A DNA stretch of 64,000 nucleotides. It comes from Escherichia phage Mt1B1_P17. Of the stretch, positions 35,920 to 45,045 are shown in pieces (the first letter of the stretch is position 1; the number at the start of each line of letters is the position of its first letter). The translations under genes were made by a program, and so were the position numbers. The stretch lies in the sequence record NC_052662.1. One strand, 5' to 3'. The notes under the pieces are model-generated. The model worked only from the letters and a program-made list of their open reading frames with translations, was not told the origin of the DNA and made no database searches.

Positions 35920-36894
35920 ATGCAACTTGGTTTCCCAATTATTGATGTAGTTGTTTTAGTTGGTATTTTAGCATTGTCTATTGGTATTGATTTCTTTGGT
36001 CACAAAGAAAATAAAGAAATTTCATTCAAATCCGCAGTTGGTTGGTCGATCTTTTGGATTGGTGTATCATTAGCTTATTATGGTTTTGTATACTTCCAAC
36101 ATGGTGCCGATTTTGCTAACTTGTTTTTAAGTGGATATGTGTTGGAAAAATCTTTGTCGGTAGATAACTTAGTAGTATTTGTAGCAGTATTCGCAAGTTT
36201 TGGTATTAAAAGCACACACTTGCAGCACAAGATTCTACTTTGGGGTATTGCAGGTGCGATTGTCTTCCGAGGTGTGTTTGTAGCAGTAGGCACTTACTTG
36301 TTAAGTTTGGGCTGGTATGTTAATATCTTCTTCGGTGCGGTCATCCTTTTCTGTGCAGCTAAAATGGTATTTGCTGGAGATAATGACGCAGAAGTTGATT
36401 ACTCTAAACACTGGGCTACCCGTATTGTTCGTAAACTGTTCCCTGTATCTAATAAAATGGATGGGGAGAAGTTCTTCACAATCGAAAATGGTGTTCGTGT
36501 AGCAACTCCAGCTTTGGTTTGCGTATTCGTGATGGAAATGGTTGATGTAATCTTTGCAGTAGATTCTGTTCCGGCAGTGATCGCAGTAACACAAGAACCT
36601 CTGCTTGTATTCTCTTCGATGTTATGTGCAATCTTAGGTCTACGTGCTCTGTTCTTTGTTCTTAGTGTTGCACTGAAGTATCTGGTTCACTTGGAGAAAG
36701 CAGTTATTGTGGTTCTGGTGTTTGTAGGTGTTAAACTGATGTATCACCCGTTTGCAGAAACGTTACATGAAAAAATGAGCTTCCTGCCAGCGCACATTGA
36801 TCCAACTATTAGTATGTATATTGTCCTGGGCACATTAGCTCTTGGTGTTATTGCAAGCTTTATCTTCCCTGAAAAAGAAGAAGCTACTGTTTAA
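35920..36894 (+). CDS. terC: TerC-family integral membrane protein
   Basis: Multiple hydrophobic helices and the TerC-type motif LEKSLSVDNLVVF. Confidence 0.6.
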   Translation: MQLGFPIIDVVVLVGILALSIGIDFFGHKENKEISFKSAVGWSIFWIGVSLAYYGFVYFQHGADFANLFLSGYVLEKSLSVDNLVVFVAVFASFGIKSTHLQHKILLWGIAGAIVFRGVFVAVGTYLLSLGWYVNIFFGAVILFCAAKMVFAGDNDAEVDYSKHWATRIVRKLFPVSNKMDGEKFFTIENGVRVATPALVCVFVMEMVDVIFAVDSVPAVIAVTQEPLLVFSSMLCAILGLRALFFVLSVALKYLVHLEKAVIVVLVFVGVKLMYHPFAETLHEKMSFLPAHIDPTISMYIVLGTLALGVIASFIFPEKEEATV

Positions 36895-36900
36895 TAAATG

Positions 36901-36925
36901 AGCCTCCTTCGGGAGGCTATTTTAT
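36901..36925 (+). terminator. intrinsic terminator AGCCTCC-TTCG-GGAGGCT plus T-rich tail
   Basis: Perfect 7-bp stem followed by ATTTTAT. Confidence 0.55.
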
Positions 36926-36936
36926 AGGAGAGACTT

Positions 36937-37287
36937 ATGAGTAATTTTGATGAAATTCAAGAACTTGTTTGGGATTTATCTGGTGATGTGGATTACATTT
37001 CAGATTATCTTTCAAAAGTTTACCCTGGGGTAAGCGTTATGATTGTGACCAAAGATCCAATTAATTTGCCTCCTAATGTTGTAGCTTGTTGTGGAAGTGG
37101 TTCAGGAGAAGTAGAGCCTGTATCTCGTTGGGAATTAACTAAAGCTGTTTCAAAACGAAGCGGTGAAGTTTTGAATATTGATATTGAGCAAATATGGACT
37201 TCTCCAGCAGCCAAATGGAATGATCCAAATGGTTGGGATTTGTTCTTCTGGGATAATGAGACTGATGATGAGGTGTTTTTAAAATGA
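36937..37287 (+). CDS. hypothetical acidic protein (116 aa)
   Basis: ORF; RBS AGGAGAG. Confidence 0.5.
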   Translation: MSNFDEIQELVWDLSGDVDYISDYLSKVYPGVSVMIVTKDPINLPPNVVACCGSGSGEVEPVSRWELTKAVSKRSGEVLNIDIEQIWTSPAAKWNDPNGWDLFFWDNETDDEVFLK

Positions 37288-37529
37288 AATACTTGTTGGT
37301 TGTGTTTGAAAATATCTGTTTTGCAATAGGGTTGTTTGTTGTAATTTTTGTATTGACAAGCGTAATCAACGGCAGTAAAGTGAGTTTATACCGAGATGGA
37401 GAGCAACTTTATTGCTTCTCTGGAGATTTCAAACACAGATGTATTAATAGCCAAAACGAGGAAAGCAAATATGAAAAAACTAGCCCTGATTTTAATTGGT
37501 TGTATCTTTTTAACAGCTTGCGAGGATGA
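37284..37529 (+). CDS. possible small membrane protein (81 aa; N-terminal hydrophobic helix)
   Basis: ATGA overlap with upstream stop; 3' end overlaps the lipoprotein gene by 59 nt, so uncertain. Confidence 0.3.
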   Translation: MKYLLVVFENICFAIGLFVVIFVLTSVINGSKVSLYRDGEQLYCFSGDFKHRCINSQNEESKYEKTSPDFNWLYLFNSLRG

Positions 37530-37908
37530 AACAAATCCTGCACAATACCAACAACCTCCTCAACAATACGCTCAACAAGGATCTGACGGAGATACAACTA
37601 TTATCAACAATGGTGGCGGTTCTAGTAGTAGCGGTGTTGGTGAGTTTGCTACAGGTATGTTGTTAGGGCATATGATGAGTGGCGGTAGTAATCGTAGCAG
37701 TGGGGATTATAACGATAACAGAACGATTATTAATAAGCATTATAATACACCTAAACCGAAAACTAATTTTTATGGTAAGCCTAAACAAGAGATAAAAACT
37801 TATGAAAAGCCGAGACAAACTTTTAAAACAAATAGTAGCTATACAACTCGTAAATCTTACAATAGCCCTTTAAGTAAAAAGAGTTCATCTCGTAGCAAGC
37901 GACGTTAA
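37471..37908 (+). CDS. lipoprotein (lipobox LTAC), Q/G/S/N-rich low-complexity body
   Basis: MKKLALILIGCIFLTAC signal and lipobox; RBS AGGAAAG; track ORF starts further upstream at 37396. Confidence 0.5.
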   Translation: MKKLALILIGCIFLTACEDETNPAQYQQPPQQYAQQGSDGDTTIINNGGGSSSSGVGEFATGMLLGHMMSGGSNRSSGDYNDNRTIINKHYNTPKPKTNFYGKPKQEIKTYEKPRQTFKTNSSYTTRKSYNSPLSKKSSSRSKRR

Positions 37909-37922
37909 TAAGGAGAAAAACA

Positions 37923-38516
37923 ATGACAATTTCTATTCGTACTTCCATTACAGGTGTTAAAAGTTTGCCTAATGCTTTGCAAATCACACGTGCTTTGAGG
38001 GATACGTTCTCTGCTGTGGATGAGCATAAGATGCTCGATAATCTCTCAAATTGGCCCTATTTCCATTATTTTAAAAATGAAGACGACGAGTTTATAGACG
38101 CTGTTTCTTACGGTTATGATTTCGGTAAGGAGGTTTCCCCTGAAGAATTTGTAGCTACGGTGTTCCCAAACGGTTTGCCTACTCGCAGTAAACGTAAAAA
38201 AGGACCAAAAAACAAGAAACGTGCTACTAATAAAGCTACCATTTTCTTTACTGATGGCACACAATATACGATTAAAGATTTTGAAGAGGTATCTTATACA
38301 GCAGGTGGGAGTCTTTCTTTCTACACCATCAAAAAACAAAACTATACGTTCAGCCATGTTTCTAACATGATTGAAATGTTAGTAGAAGATATTGAAAGCG
38401 TGGCTGTGTTAGGTATGCATAAAAGCTTTTTAATTACAAATATTTCAGATTTCAGTGCAAGTTTATCTGGCCCTGATTTTGAAGCCACGACCACGCATTT
38501 CGCTTTTAAGGTGTAA
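37923..38516 (+). CDS. hypothetical protein (197 aa)
   Basis: ORF; RBS AAGGAGAAAAA. Confidence 0.5.
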   Translation: MTISIRTSITGVKSLPNALQITRALRDTFSAVDEHKMLDNLSNWPYFHYFKNEDDEFIDAVSYGYDFGKEVSPEEFVATVFPNGLPTRSKRKKGPKNKKRATNKATIFFTDGTQYTIKDFEEVSYTAGGSLSFYTIKKQNYTFSHVSNMIEMLVEDIESVAVLGMHKSFLITNISDFSASLSGPDFEATTTHFAFKV

Positions 38517-38519
38517 GTT

Positions 38520-39110
38520 ATGCATACCGAGAGAGACTTGCAACTCTTGTGGTGGGAAGTGATGCAGGAAATAAAAGAAGATTTTCCTGTTTACTACAAC
38601 ATGTTACGTGAAGCAGGATATAAAGCTTGTGTTAGAAACAAAGTGAATAACTCTTTCGGTTGGTGCAACTACCGAGATAAAATTGTTGTTGTAAATTGGC
38701 ACTTGCATAAGAACTCCACAAGAGATATGATCGTGGATACAATGAAGCACGAAATTGCTCATGCTATTGATGGTTGTATGGGTAAGTTTAGTAGACACGG
38801 TGCTCATTGGCAAAAACTGGCAGCAGAGTTAGGGGCTAATCCTAAAGCCACTTCCAAAGAGCCGTTGAACCACGAATATAAATATGTTCTTGTTCTGGTA
38901 GATAGGTTTGCGACAAGATGTGTTAGAGGTTATAATCGTAAACCTAATCGCATGTACCCAGGTAAGCAACCTAATATGTGGTTGAAATCAGATAAAGAAG
39001 GGACCGAAGGAAAATTATGGTTGTATAAATGGGACGATTGGGTTAAAGTAGCTAAAGAGTACGGTGTTTCACCATATATAAGAGATGCAGAAGAGGAGAA
39101 TGAAGAATGA
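38520..39110 (+). CDS. putative zinc metallopeptidase (HExxH; SprT-like)
   Basis: MKHEIAHAIDG motif with downstream His. Confidence 0.45.
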   Translation: MHTERDLQLLWWEVMQEIKEDFPVYYNMLREAGYKACVRNKVNNSFGWCNYRDKIVVVNWHLHKNSTRDMIVDTMKHEIAHAIDGCMGKFSRHGAHWQKLAAELGANPKATSKEPLNHEYKYVLVLVDRFATRCVRGYNRKPNRMYPGKQPNMWLKSDKEGTEGKLWLYKWDDWVKVAKEYGVSPYIRDAEEENEE

Positions 39111-40219
39111 CAAGTCCATTTTTAAAAGCAGCTACTGGCGGTCAGAAGAAGCCTGAAATGAGCGTATTTGCTGCAACAACAGATGCAAGTAAATCTGTAT
39201 TCGCTCCAAGCGTGTTAGATGCCAGTCCTGTTTATGCACCAGCGGCACCGCAAGAAGTTCCAGTTTTGCCTTCTATGACCCGACAAGAGATCGAAGAGAT
39301 TGGGGCAGAGGCAGGAACAACCTTGCGTTCCTTGAATGCCGAGGTGTTAAAACATCAACGTAGTAATCAAGGCGATCAGATGAGTGAACGACTCACAGCT
39401 TTGATTAAACAGGCAAAACAACTTGATCCAAACTCTATTAAACAAAGCAAAGGTATTACTAAACTCATTAAAAAAGTTATGGGTATGAAAGAAGACCTGT
39501 TCGGGGAGTTTGATAATGTTAATAACCGTATTGAAGAGTTGGTAAAGAACCTTCAAATGGATATTCGCAAAGAAGAAGATTCCTTGGTATATCTTGAAAA
39601 GCTACATCAAGCTATTGGACAATATGCTGCAAGTTTGAACCGAGATATGCAGCTTCTAACAGCAACCTATGAAAAAGAAGAACAAGCTTTGGCTGCTCTT
39701 CCAGAAGATGCAGTAGAACAGCGACAAGTGATCCGAGATACTTTGGATCTCTTGGAGATTCGTATTGCAGATTTAAAAGCATTGCGCCTACTGTGTGTCC
39801 AAATGGGACCGCGTGTACAAGGTATGCAAAAAGTTTCTGCAAGCTTAATGCGATCTGCGCGTAACATAGTAAATAATGTTATTCCTGCTTACTCTGCTAA
39901 CTTCTCAATGTATATCGAGAGCTTACGTCAAATGAAAGCAGCAGAGACGCAGAATAACGTTCTTGATGAATTTAACCTGGCAATTAAACTGGGTAGCGAT
40001 CTTGCCACACAGAATCAGATCGAAGCAGCAGCACTGGCTAACCGTCAAGTGTTGGATATTGAAACTCTGCGTCACGATCAGGAAAACTTGGTTAAGATGT
40101 TGGAAGAAACTAACCGCATCAATACGGAAGCCCGTGCTGCTCGTGTTGATTATATTAATGAAGTTCAATCTCTGGAAGACGGGATGGTAGCTGCTGTGAA
40201 ACGAGGGCTTGGTAAATGA
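39107..40219 (+). CDS. long alpha-helical/coiled-coil protein; possibly TelA-like (unverified)
   Basis: 370 aa, helical heptad-like composition; TelA suggested only by size and Ter-gene context. Confidence 0.4.
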   Translation: MTSPFLKAATGGQKKPEMSVFAATTDASKSVFAPSVLDASPVYAPAAPQEVPVLPSMTRQEIEEIGAEAGTTLRSLNAEVLKHQRSNQGDQMSERLTALIKQAKQLDPNSIKQSKGITKLIKKVMGMKEDLFGEFDNVNNRIEELVKNLQMDIRKEEDSLVYLEKLHQAIGQYAASLNRDMQLLTATYEKEEQALAALPEDAVEQRQVIRDTLDLLEIRIADLKALRLLCVQMGPRVQGMQKVSASLMRSARNIVNNVIPAYSANFSMYIESLRQMKAAETQNNVLDEFNLAIKLGSDLATQNQIEAAALANRQVLDIETLRHDQENLVKMLEETNRINTEARAARVDYINEVQSLEDGMVAAVKRGLGK

Positions 40220-40416
40220 GAATCCGTATCTATATAATTGATGAGGACATTGGTGTCCGTTATGATGACGAAAAACGATTCGCGCCGATGGGAGGTATAT
40301 ATCCCCCAAGTGTTCTAGCAGTTTGTCGTGATTGTTATATTTATGAAGGTTGTCGTAACTTCCGTAAATTCGAACTCCTTGCAGATATTGACTTCAATGA
40401 GGAGGAGGAGGAGTAA
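40216..40416 (+). CDS. hypothetical small protein (66 aa)
   Basis: ATGA overlap with upstream gene. Confidence 0.4.
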   Translation: MRIRIYIIDEDIGVRYDDEKRFAPMGGIYPPSVLAVCRDCYIYEGCRNFRKFELLADIDFNEEEEE

Positions 40417-40590
40417 TGAAAATACTACGAGTGAATATTGAAACTGCTTGGTGTGGATGCAATGAGGTTGTGGATATCGAAATTGAAGATGATATGTCTC
40501 AAGAGGATATAGAAGATCTTGCACACGAAACCTTTCAGGATTATTGTAATTACGGGTTCCATATTTTAGAGGAGGAAGAAGATGTATAAT
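40417..40590 (+). CDS. small acidic protein, 57 aa (below track cut-off)
   Basis: ATG directly after upstream stop; RBS GGAGGAGG. Confidence 0.3.
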
Positions 40591-40980
40591 CCAACAGGTA
40601 TTCTTTTAAAACTTACAGTAACAGACCCTACTCTTTTCACTAAGTTAGCAAGTGGTGAAGTTTATGAAGTAATGAAAGATGGTGACGGTTGGTGTTATCT
40701 TTGTGGCTACTTCCTCTGTGATGCAGAAGAGTTAGAGTCCATTGTAACTAAAGGTTTTTATGAAGAACCAGGGTTCCGTGTGGAAACTACGCAGAAACCT
40801 GATACCATTACGCTGACTCGACAGGAACTGATCACAATCATTGAAGATGCTTTTATTGATGGCTGGAATACACAAGATAATGACTGGGGTGGACCCGAAG
40901 CTTTTCTGGAACATCATAAAGCTTATGGAGAATTTTGTGAAACCACTGTAGCTCTTGATAATCTGAAGGAGGGTTTGTAA
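40582..40980 (+). CDS. hypothetical protein (132 aa)
   Basis: ORF; RBS GAGGAGGAAG. Confidence 0.45.
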   Translation: MYNPTGILLKLTVTDPTLFTKLASGEVYEVMKDGDGWCYLCGYFLCDAEELESIVTKGFYEEPGFRVETTQKPDTITLTRQELITIIEDAFIDGWNTQDNDWGGPEAFLEHHKAYGEFCETTVALDNLKEGL

Positions 40981-41543
40981 TGGGTTGTTTTAGCTTTTTG
41001 TGCAAAGAATCGGGCAAAGCTGCCCTTTCTACTTCTTTCGACGGATCACCTTGCTACCTCTTTCTTTTGAAGGACGGTGTTGTTATTGAAGAGATGTATG
41101 GCAACTATGATAGTTATGGTTGTGTTTTCTCTGGAAAGGAGGATGAAAATGGTGTTCGTGAACGATTTGAATGGGCTATGGATTGGAGTAAGGTTTGTGA
41201 TTTGATGCATTCCTCAAATCCAAGGGACGGTATCGCTATGGTGCTGGAAGAGTACTTTACAGGTGAAATCCCTACAGAACAATCTGACGGAGATCCTAAC
41301 CAAGGTTGGGGTGATGGTGAAGAAGATCCAGATTGTTTTTTCAGCACAGAAAAGAATAAGTTTAAACGTGTTGACAACCCTTATCACAAAGTGCATAATA
41401 CTCTCATTGAAACAAAAGATGACAAGATGGAAATTGAAGAAGATGATCCTCTTGTAACACTTCCTATAAGTGAGTTACAAAAGATCACTAAGGAAGCTTA
41501 CGATTTGGGCTTCAAAATTGGTAGAGGAGGTATGCGTGTTTAG
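40980..41543 (+). CDS. hypothetical acidic protein (187 aa)
   Basis: ORF; RBS GGAGGG. Confidence 0.45.
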   Translation: MGCFSFLCKESGKAALSTSFDGSPCYLFLLKDGVVIEEMYGNYDSYGCVFSGKEDENGVRERFEWAMDWSKVCDLMHSSNPRDGIAMVLEEYFTGEIPTEQSDGDPNQGWGDGEEDPDCFFSTEKNKFKRVDNPYHKVHNTLIETKDDKMEIEEDDPLVTLPISELQKITKEAYDLGFKIGRGGMRV

Positions 41544-41814
41544 ATTCAATATTCAAGAAGAAAAAAGTCAGGATTTACCTATTGCTTTCGAAGATCTTGA
41601 CGTAGGGGCCACATTCATGTATTATGATGCCTATGAAGACGCAGGGTTGGATACCTACCGTAACTTGGTGTTCATTAAAAATTCCACAAACAGTGCGATT
41701 TGTATTAATGGATCACTAGCACAACGAGGCTATACTCATTGCATCCCACCAGATACAAATATGGTGGAAGTAGATTTAGAAGTTACCAATATTACACTTA
41801 AGAAGGAGAAATAA
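41536..41814 (+). CDS. small partner protein, paralogue 1 (GTG start)
   Basis: VFRFNIQEE...EDLDVGATFMYYDAYEDAGLD aligns with CDS 42836..43105; RBS GAGGAGG. Confidence 0.4.
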   Translation: MFRFNIQEEKSQDLPIAFEDLDVGATFMYYDAYEDAGLDTYRNLVFIKNSTNSAICINGSLAQRGYTHCIPPDTNMVEVDLEVTNITLKKEK

Positions 41815-41815
41815 T

Positions 41816-42610
41816 ATGTCCGAGAAAATCAGCCTGAAAAAACGTCAAGAAAACCTTGCTTTCTCTCTGAAAAAGAATAAGAACCTGAATGAAGGTAAGA
41901 TTGTTCTTCGTGTAGCATGTGCTCTAGATATTTCTGGTAGTATGCATGGTCTATATTCTAGTGGGGTAGTGAGTGATTTTGTAGGTAAACTGCTTCCTTT
42001 TGGTATGCTGTTCGACGATAATCAACAAATTGATATGTGGGCCTTCAATACGAGTTCCCAAGAGCTTACTCCAGCAACAGCAGACGTTTACGATGACTAT
42101 GTTGGTAAATGTATGCGTAATGTTCGTATCGGAGGTGGAACAAATTACGCCCCTGTAATGGCAGATATCTACGATGAGTATTTTGGCACTGTTACCAAAT
42201 ATATTACCACTAAACAAGTGGTACAAGAGGAGGCTCCAAAGAAAGGCTTCTTTAATCGTCTGCTTGGTAAAACTGAAACAGTGTCTGTAGAGCGTGAAAA
42301 AGTTGTAGCTGTATCTGAACCAGGTGCTGACGTTACCCCTGGTGTTGTATTCTTCCAGACGGATGGTGAGAATGGTGATCCTAGTGCTGTTCGTCGTCTT
42401 ATTGAAGAGAATAAGAATAAACCTATTTATTGGTTCATGGTTGGCGTTGGTAATGAGAAGTTTGGGTTCCTGAAAGAACTGGCAAATGCTTATGATAATG
42501 TTGGTTTTATTGGCATTAAAGATTTAGACTTGACAGATTCAGAGCTTTATGACAAACTCTTATCTGAAGAGTTCGGAGAGTGGGTTGTTAAAGTAGGTGC
42601 TAAAAAATGA
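41816..42610 (+). CDS. vWA-domain protein (TerY-like) with TerD-like N-terminal leader
   Basis: MIDAS motif ALDISGSM; N-terminal SEKISLKK repeats the TerD N-terminus of CDS 43121..43723. Confidence 0.55.
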   Translation: MSEKISLKKRQENLAFSLKKNKNLNEGKIVLRVACALDISGSMHGLYSSGVVSDFVGKLLPFGMLFDDNQQIDMWAFNTSSQELTPATADVYDDYVGKCMRNVRIGGGTNYAPVMADIYDEYFGTVTKYITTKQVVQEEAPKKGFFNRLLGKTETVSVEREKVVAVSEPGADVTPGVVFFQTDGENGDPSAVRRLIEENKNKPIYWFMVGVGNEKFGFLKELANAYDNVGFIGIKDLDLTDSELYDKLLSEEFGEWVVKVGAKK

Positions 42611-42855
42611 TCGACGAGCTTGCCTCTCAAGTCATAGAAAATTATTGGCGCGAGAGAGAAGCTTTCATTATGCGCAGTCTCAAAGAGTATTTCATTGGGA
42701 CTGTGCGAATGGAAGATATTGTAAGTAGAGTGGAGATTCATGTATGGCCCGATTATGAAGAATGGGTTGACAAAGAAAATGAAAATGCTATAATTCTTCG
42801 TATATACAAACCGGAGATAACATTAGGAGGAAGAAGTGTTAAACTTCGAAATTGA
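42607..42855 (+). CDS. hypothetical protein (82 aa)
   Basis: ORF with overlapping start/stop. Confidence 0.4.
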   Translation: MIDELASQVIENYWREREAFIMRSLKEYFIGTVRMEDIVSRVEIHVWPDYEEWVDKENENAIILRIYKPEITLGGRSVKLRN

Positions 42856-43105
42856 TGAGCAAAAAGTAAATAAACGATGCCTTACCATTAAAGATTTGGA
42901 TGTAGGAGATACTTTCGTCTATGAAAATGCATTTGACGAAAATGGTTTAGACCTTAGTGAAATCATTGTTTATTTAAAAGTAGATGATGGGGAAAATGAT
43001 TATTCTGCTGTAGAACTAAACCATCATGCACAATTAGTATCAATCCAAAACACATCTAAGCTTTTGGAAGTAGAATTGACTGTAACTGGTATTACACTTA
43101 AATAA
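42836..43105 (+). CDS. small partner protein, paralogue 2 (GTG start)
   Basis: VLNFEIDEQ...KDLDVGDTFVYENAFDENGLD; paralogue of 41536..41814. Confidence 0.4.
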   Translation: MLNFEIDEQKVNKRCLTIKDLDVGDTFVYENAFDENGLDLSEIIVYLKVDDGENDYSAVELNHHAQLVSIQNTSKLLEVELTVTGITLK

Positions 43106-43120
43106 TAGAGGAGACAAAAG

Positions 43121-43723
43121 ATGACTGATAAAATTTCCCTGAAAAAAGGCTCTAGCGAAAAAATTTCCCTGAAGAAAGTTGCTCCGGCTCTGAAAGAACT
43201 GCGCCTGGAATTCTCTTGGAAATCTGATTCTAAACTGGATCTGGATGTAAGTGCACTGGTTTGTCGTCACAATGCCGCTGGTAATCCTGAAATGCTGTCT
43301 GCACGTCATCTGGTTTGCTATGCTAACAAGTTTGATCCTGAACGTTCTACCTTCGCTGGTGACGATGTTCGTGATGGAACTGGCAGCATGGAGCAGATTG
43401 ATATTACTCTGGCTAAAATCTCTCCTGATGCACAAGAGATTGCCTTTGTTCTGACCATTGATGATGATACAGGTCTGAAACGTTTTGGTCATGCTTCTGA
43501 AGGTATGCTTAAAATCTTCGACTCCGAGCGCAATGTGGAAATTCTGGATTTTGACTTCCTGGCTCCTGAAGTAGCTGGCAACACAATCTGCCACGTGGCT
43601 TCCTTGGTTCGTGAAGATGGGGAATGGAAGCTGAAAGCATATGGTGTAGGTAAAGCTGGTCTGGATATTTGTGATGTGGTGATGGCCTTCGGTGGTAAAA
43701 AAGAATGGTATGAATGTCCATAA
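43121..43723 (+). CDS. terD: TerD-family protein
   Basis: N-terminal KISLKKGSSEKISLKK repeat, LDLDVSAL, acidic D-rich loops and GEWKLKAYG, matching the TerD pattern from memory. Confidence 0.75.
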   Translation: MTDKISLKKGSSEKISLKKVAPALKELRLEFSWKSDSKLDLDVSALVCRHNAAGNPEMLSARHLVCYANKFDPERSTFAGDDVRDGTGSMEQIDITLAKISPDAQEIAFVLTIDDDTGLKRFGHASEGMLKIFDSERNVEILDFDFLAPEVAGNTICHVASLVREDGEWKLKAYGVGKAGLDICDVVMAFGGKKEWYECP

Positions 43724-43741
43724 TAATTAACAAATGATTTT

Positions 43742-43766
43742 GAGGGGGAGAAATCCCCCTCTTGCA
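43742..43766 (+). terminator. terminator hairpin GAGGGGG-AGAAAT-CCCCCTC
   Basis: Perfect 7-bp GC stem after the terD stop; weak T-tract. Confidence 0.5.
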
Positions 43767-43822
43767 ATAAAGCCTCTATCGTGTTATACTAGAAATTCGT
43801 TAACTTAAAAAGGAGGCAAAAT

Positions 43823-44344
43823 TTGCTGATAAAAAACTTTGTAACAGTTGCGTTACTATCCTTAACTGCTTTTACATTTACACCTGTTGTGGCGAAAGCC
43901 GAAGCTGCAAACGTAAAAACCGCTAAAGTAGTTCACAAATGTACAAAGCAATATAATGATAAAATTCTATTAGCTTGTGCAATTTACGCAGAAGGTCGTG
44001 GTCTGGGTAAAAAAGGAATGAATGCCGTTGGGAATGTGGTAATCAACAGAAGAAATGATACCTACTTCCCTAACACAGTCAGAGGAGTCTTGTTCCAGAA
44101 AGGACAATTCTCATATGCGAAAACTTTTAACGTAACAGAGAAAGATAAGTGGCAGGAAGCAAAAGCAATAGCGGAGCGTTTACTTTATTTAGAGAAACAT
44201 TTTCCTGAATTGCGGTCTGTTTTAGATGTTACTAAAGGTGCTCTATACTTCAAGAAACGGAATATAAGGACACACTGGGAACGTGATATGCGTCTTGTTT
44301 ATCGAGATAAAGTGCATGGTTTCTATCTACCAAAGGGGAGTTAA
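43823..44344 (+). CDS. secreted cell-wall hydrolase, SleB-like domain
   Basis: Signal peptide; motifs AIYAEGRG, GMNAVGNVVINR, FPNTVRGVLFQKGQFS; TTG start with RBS AAGGAGG. Confidence 0.55.
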   Translation: MLIKNFVTVALLSLTAFTFTPVVAKAEAANVKTAKVVHKCTKQYNDKILLACAIYAEGRGLGKKGMNAVGNVVINRRNDTYFPNTVRGVLFQKGQFSYAKTFNVTEKDKWQEAKAIAERLLYLEKHFPELRSVLDVTKGALYFKKRNIRTHWERDMRLVYRDKVHGFYLPKGS

Positions 44345-44345
44345 A

Positions 44346-44630
44346 ATGCAAGAAGATAATACTGTTGTTGTAGCAAGTTACCTGGTTGTCGGTCTTACCG
44401 AAGAAGACGTATACTACACCCGTAAGCATTTGGAAGCATACGCTACTTTGTTTATGGAAGATGAAAAGGATGTAGATAAATATAGCATTGATATGATCAA
44501 CGACAGTATTTATCCTTGTATGGTTCTTAAAGTAGATGCTGTGTTGTGGGAGCGTTTTGCAAGGACTCATGATGCTGTAGAATGCTCCGCAGTAATGTCT
44601 CAAAACAACATTTTAGGGGAGATTCATTGA
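44346..44630 (+). CDS. hypothetical protein, about 94 aa
   Basis: Internal Met MQEDNT with RBS GGGGAG. Confidence 0.45.
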   Translation: MQEDNTVVVASYLVVGLTEEDVYYTRKHLEAYATLFMEDEKDVDKYSIDMINDSIYPCMVLKVDAVLWERFARTHDAVECSAVMSQNNILGEIH

Positions 44631-44860
44631 TGGGAGAAGTCATTGAAGTCAATTTTCGCACTAAACAGAAAGTGCAAAAATATGTCGTTATTAAAAACAT
44701 TTGCGTTGTCTGCTTCAATACAGTAATATACGACTCACGACGCGGAGAAAACGAAAATGAACCTTACATTGAAATTTCTAAGAACAAAGGTCAATGTATT
44801 TGTAAGAACTGTGCAGTAGCTATTAAGGAGGTTGTAAATGAAAACGCTTGGGACCAATGA
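44630..44860 (+). CDS. small Cys-pair protein (CVVCFN...CKNC), possible zinc ribbon
   Basis: Internal Met MGEVIEV; start shares one base with upstream stop. Confidence 0.4.
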   Translation: MGEVIEVNFRTKQKVQKYVVIKNICVVCFNTVIYDSRRGENENEPYIEISKNKGQCICKNCAVAIKEVVNENAWDQ

Positions 44861-45029
44861 AACTGGCGAAATCTCTCTTCAAGAAGTGACAAACGACAAG
44901 CTGATTAAACTACGGGATGTAGCTCGTGACCATCTCCAAGAATCTTTTAAAGAATATATGGAAGCACGAGATCGTGTGATCCAGATTCAACAAGAAATGA
45001 TTAAACGTGGGATTGTAGCTGACAGTTAA
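44838..45029 (+). CDS. hypothetical small protein (63 aa)
   Basis: ORF; RBS AAGGAGG. Confidence 0.4.
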   Translation: MKTLGTNETGEISLQEVTNDKLIKLRDVARDHLQESFKEYMEARDRVIQIQQEMIKRGIVADS

Positions 45030-45045
45030 TATAACGGAGGGGAGA

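Noticed and set aside
39107-40219. Calling the coiled-coil protein a confirmed TelA
   Set aside because: Only length, helical composition and Ter-gene context support it; no specific TelA motif could be verified from memory, so it is labelled as a possibility.
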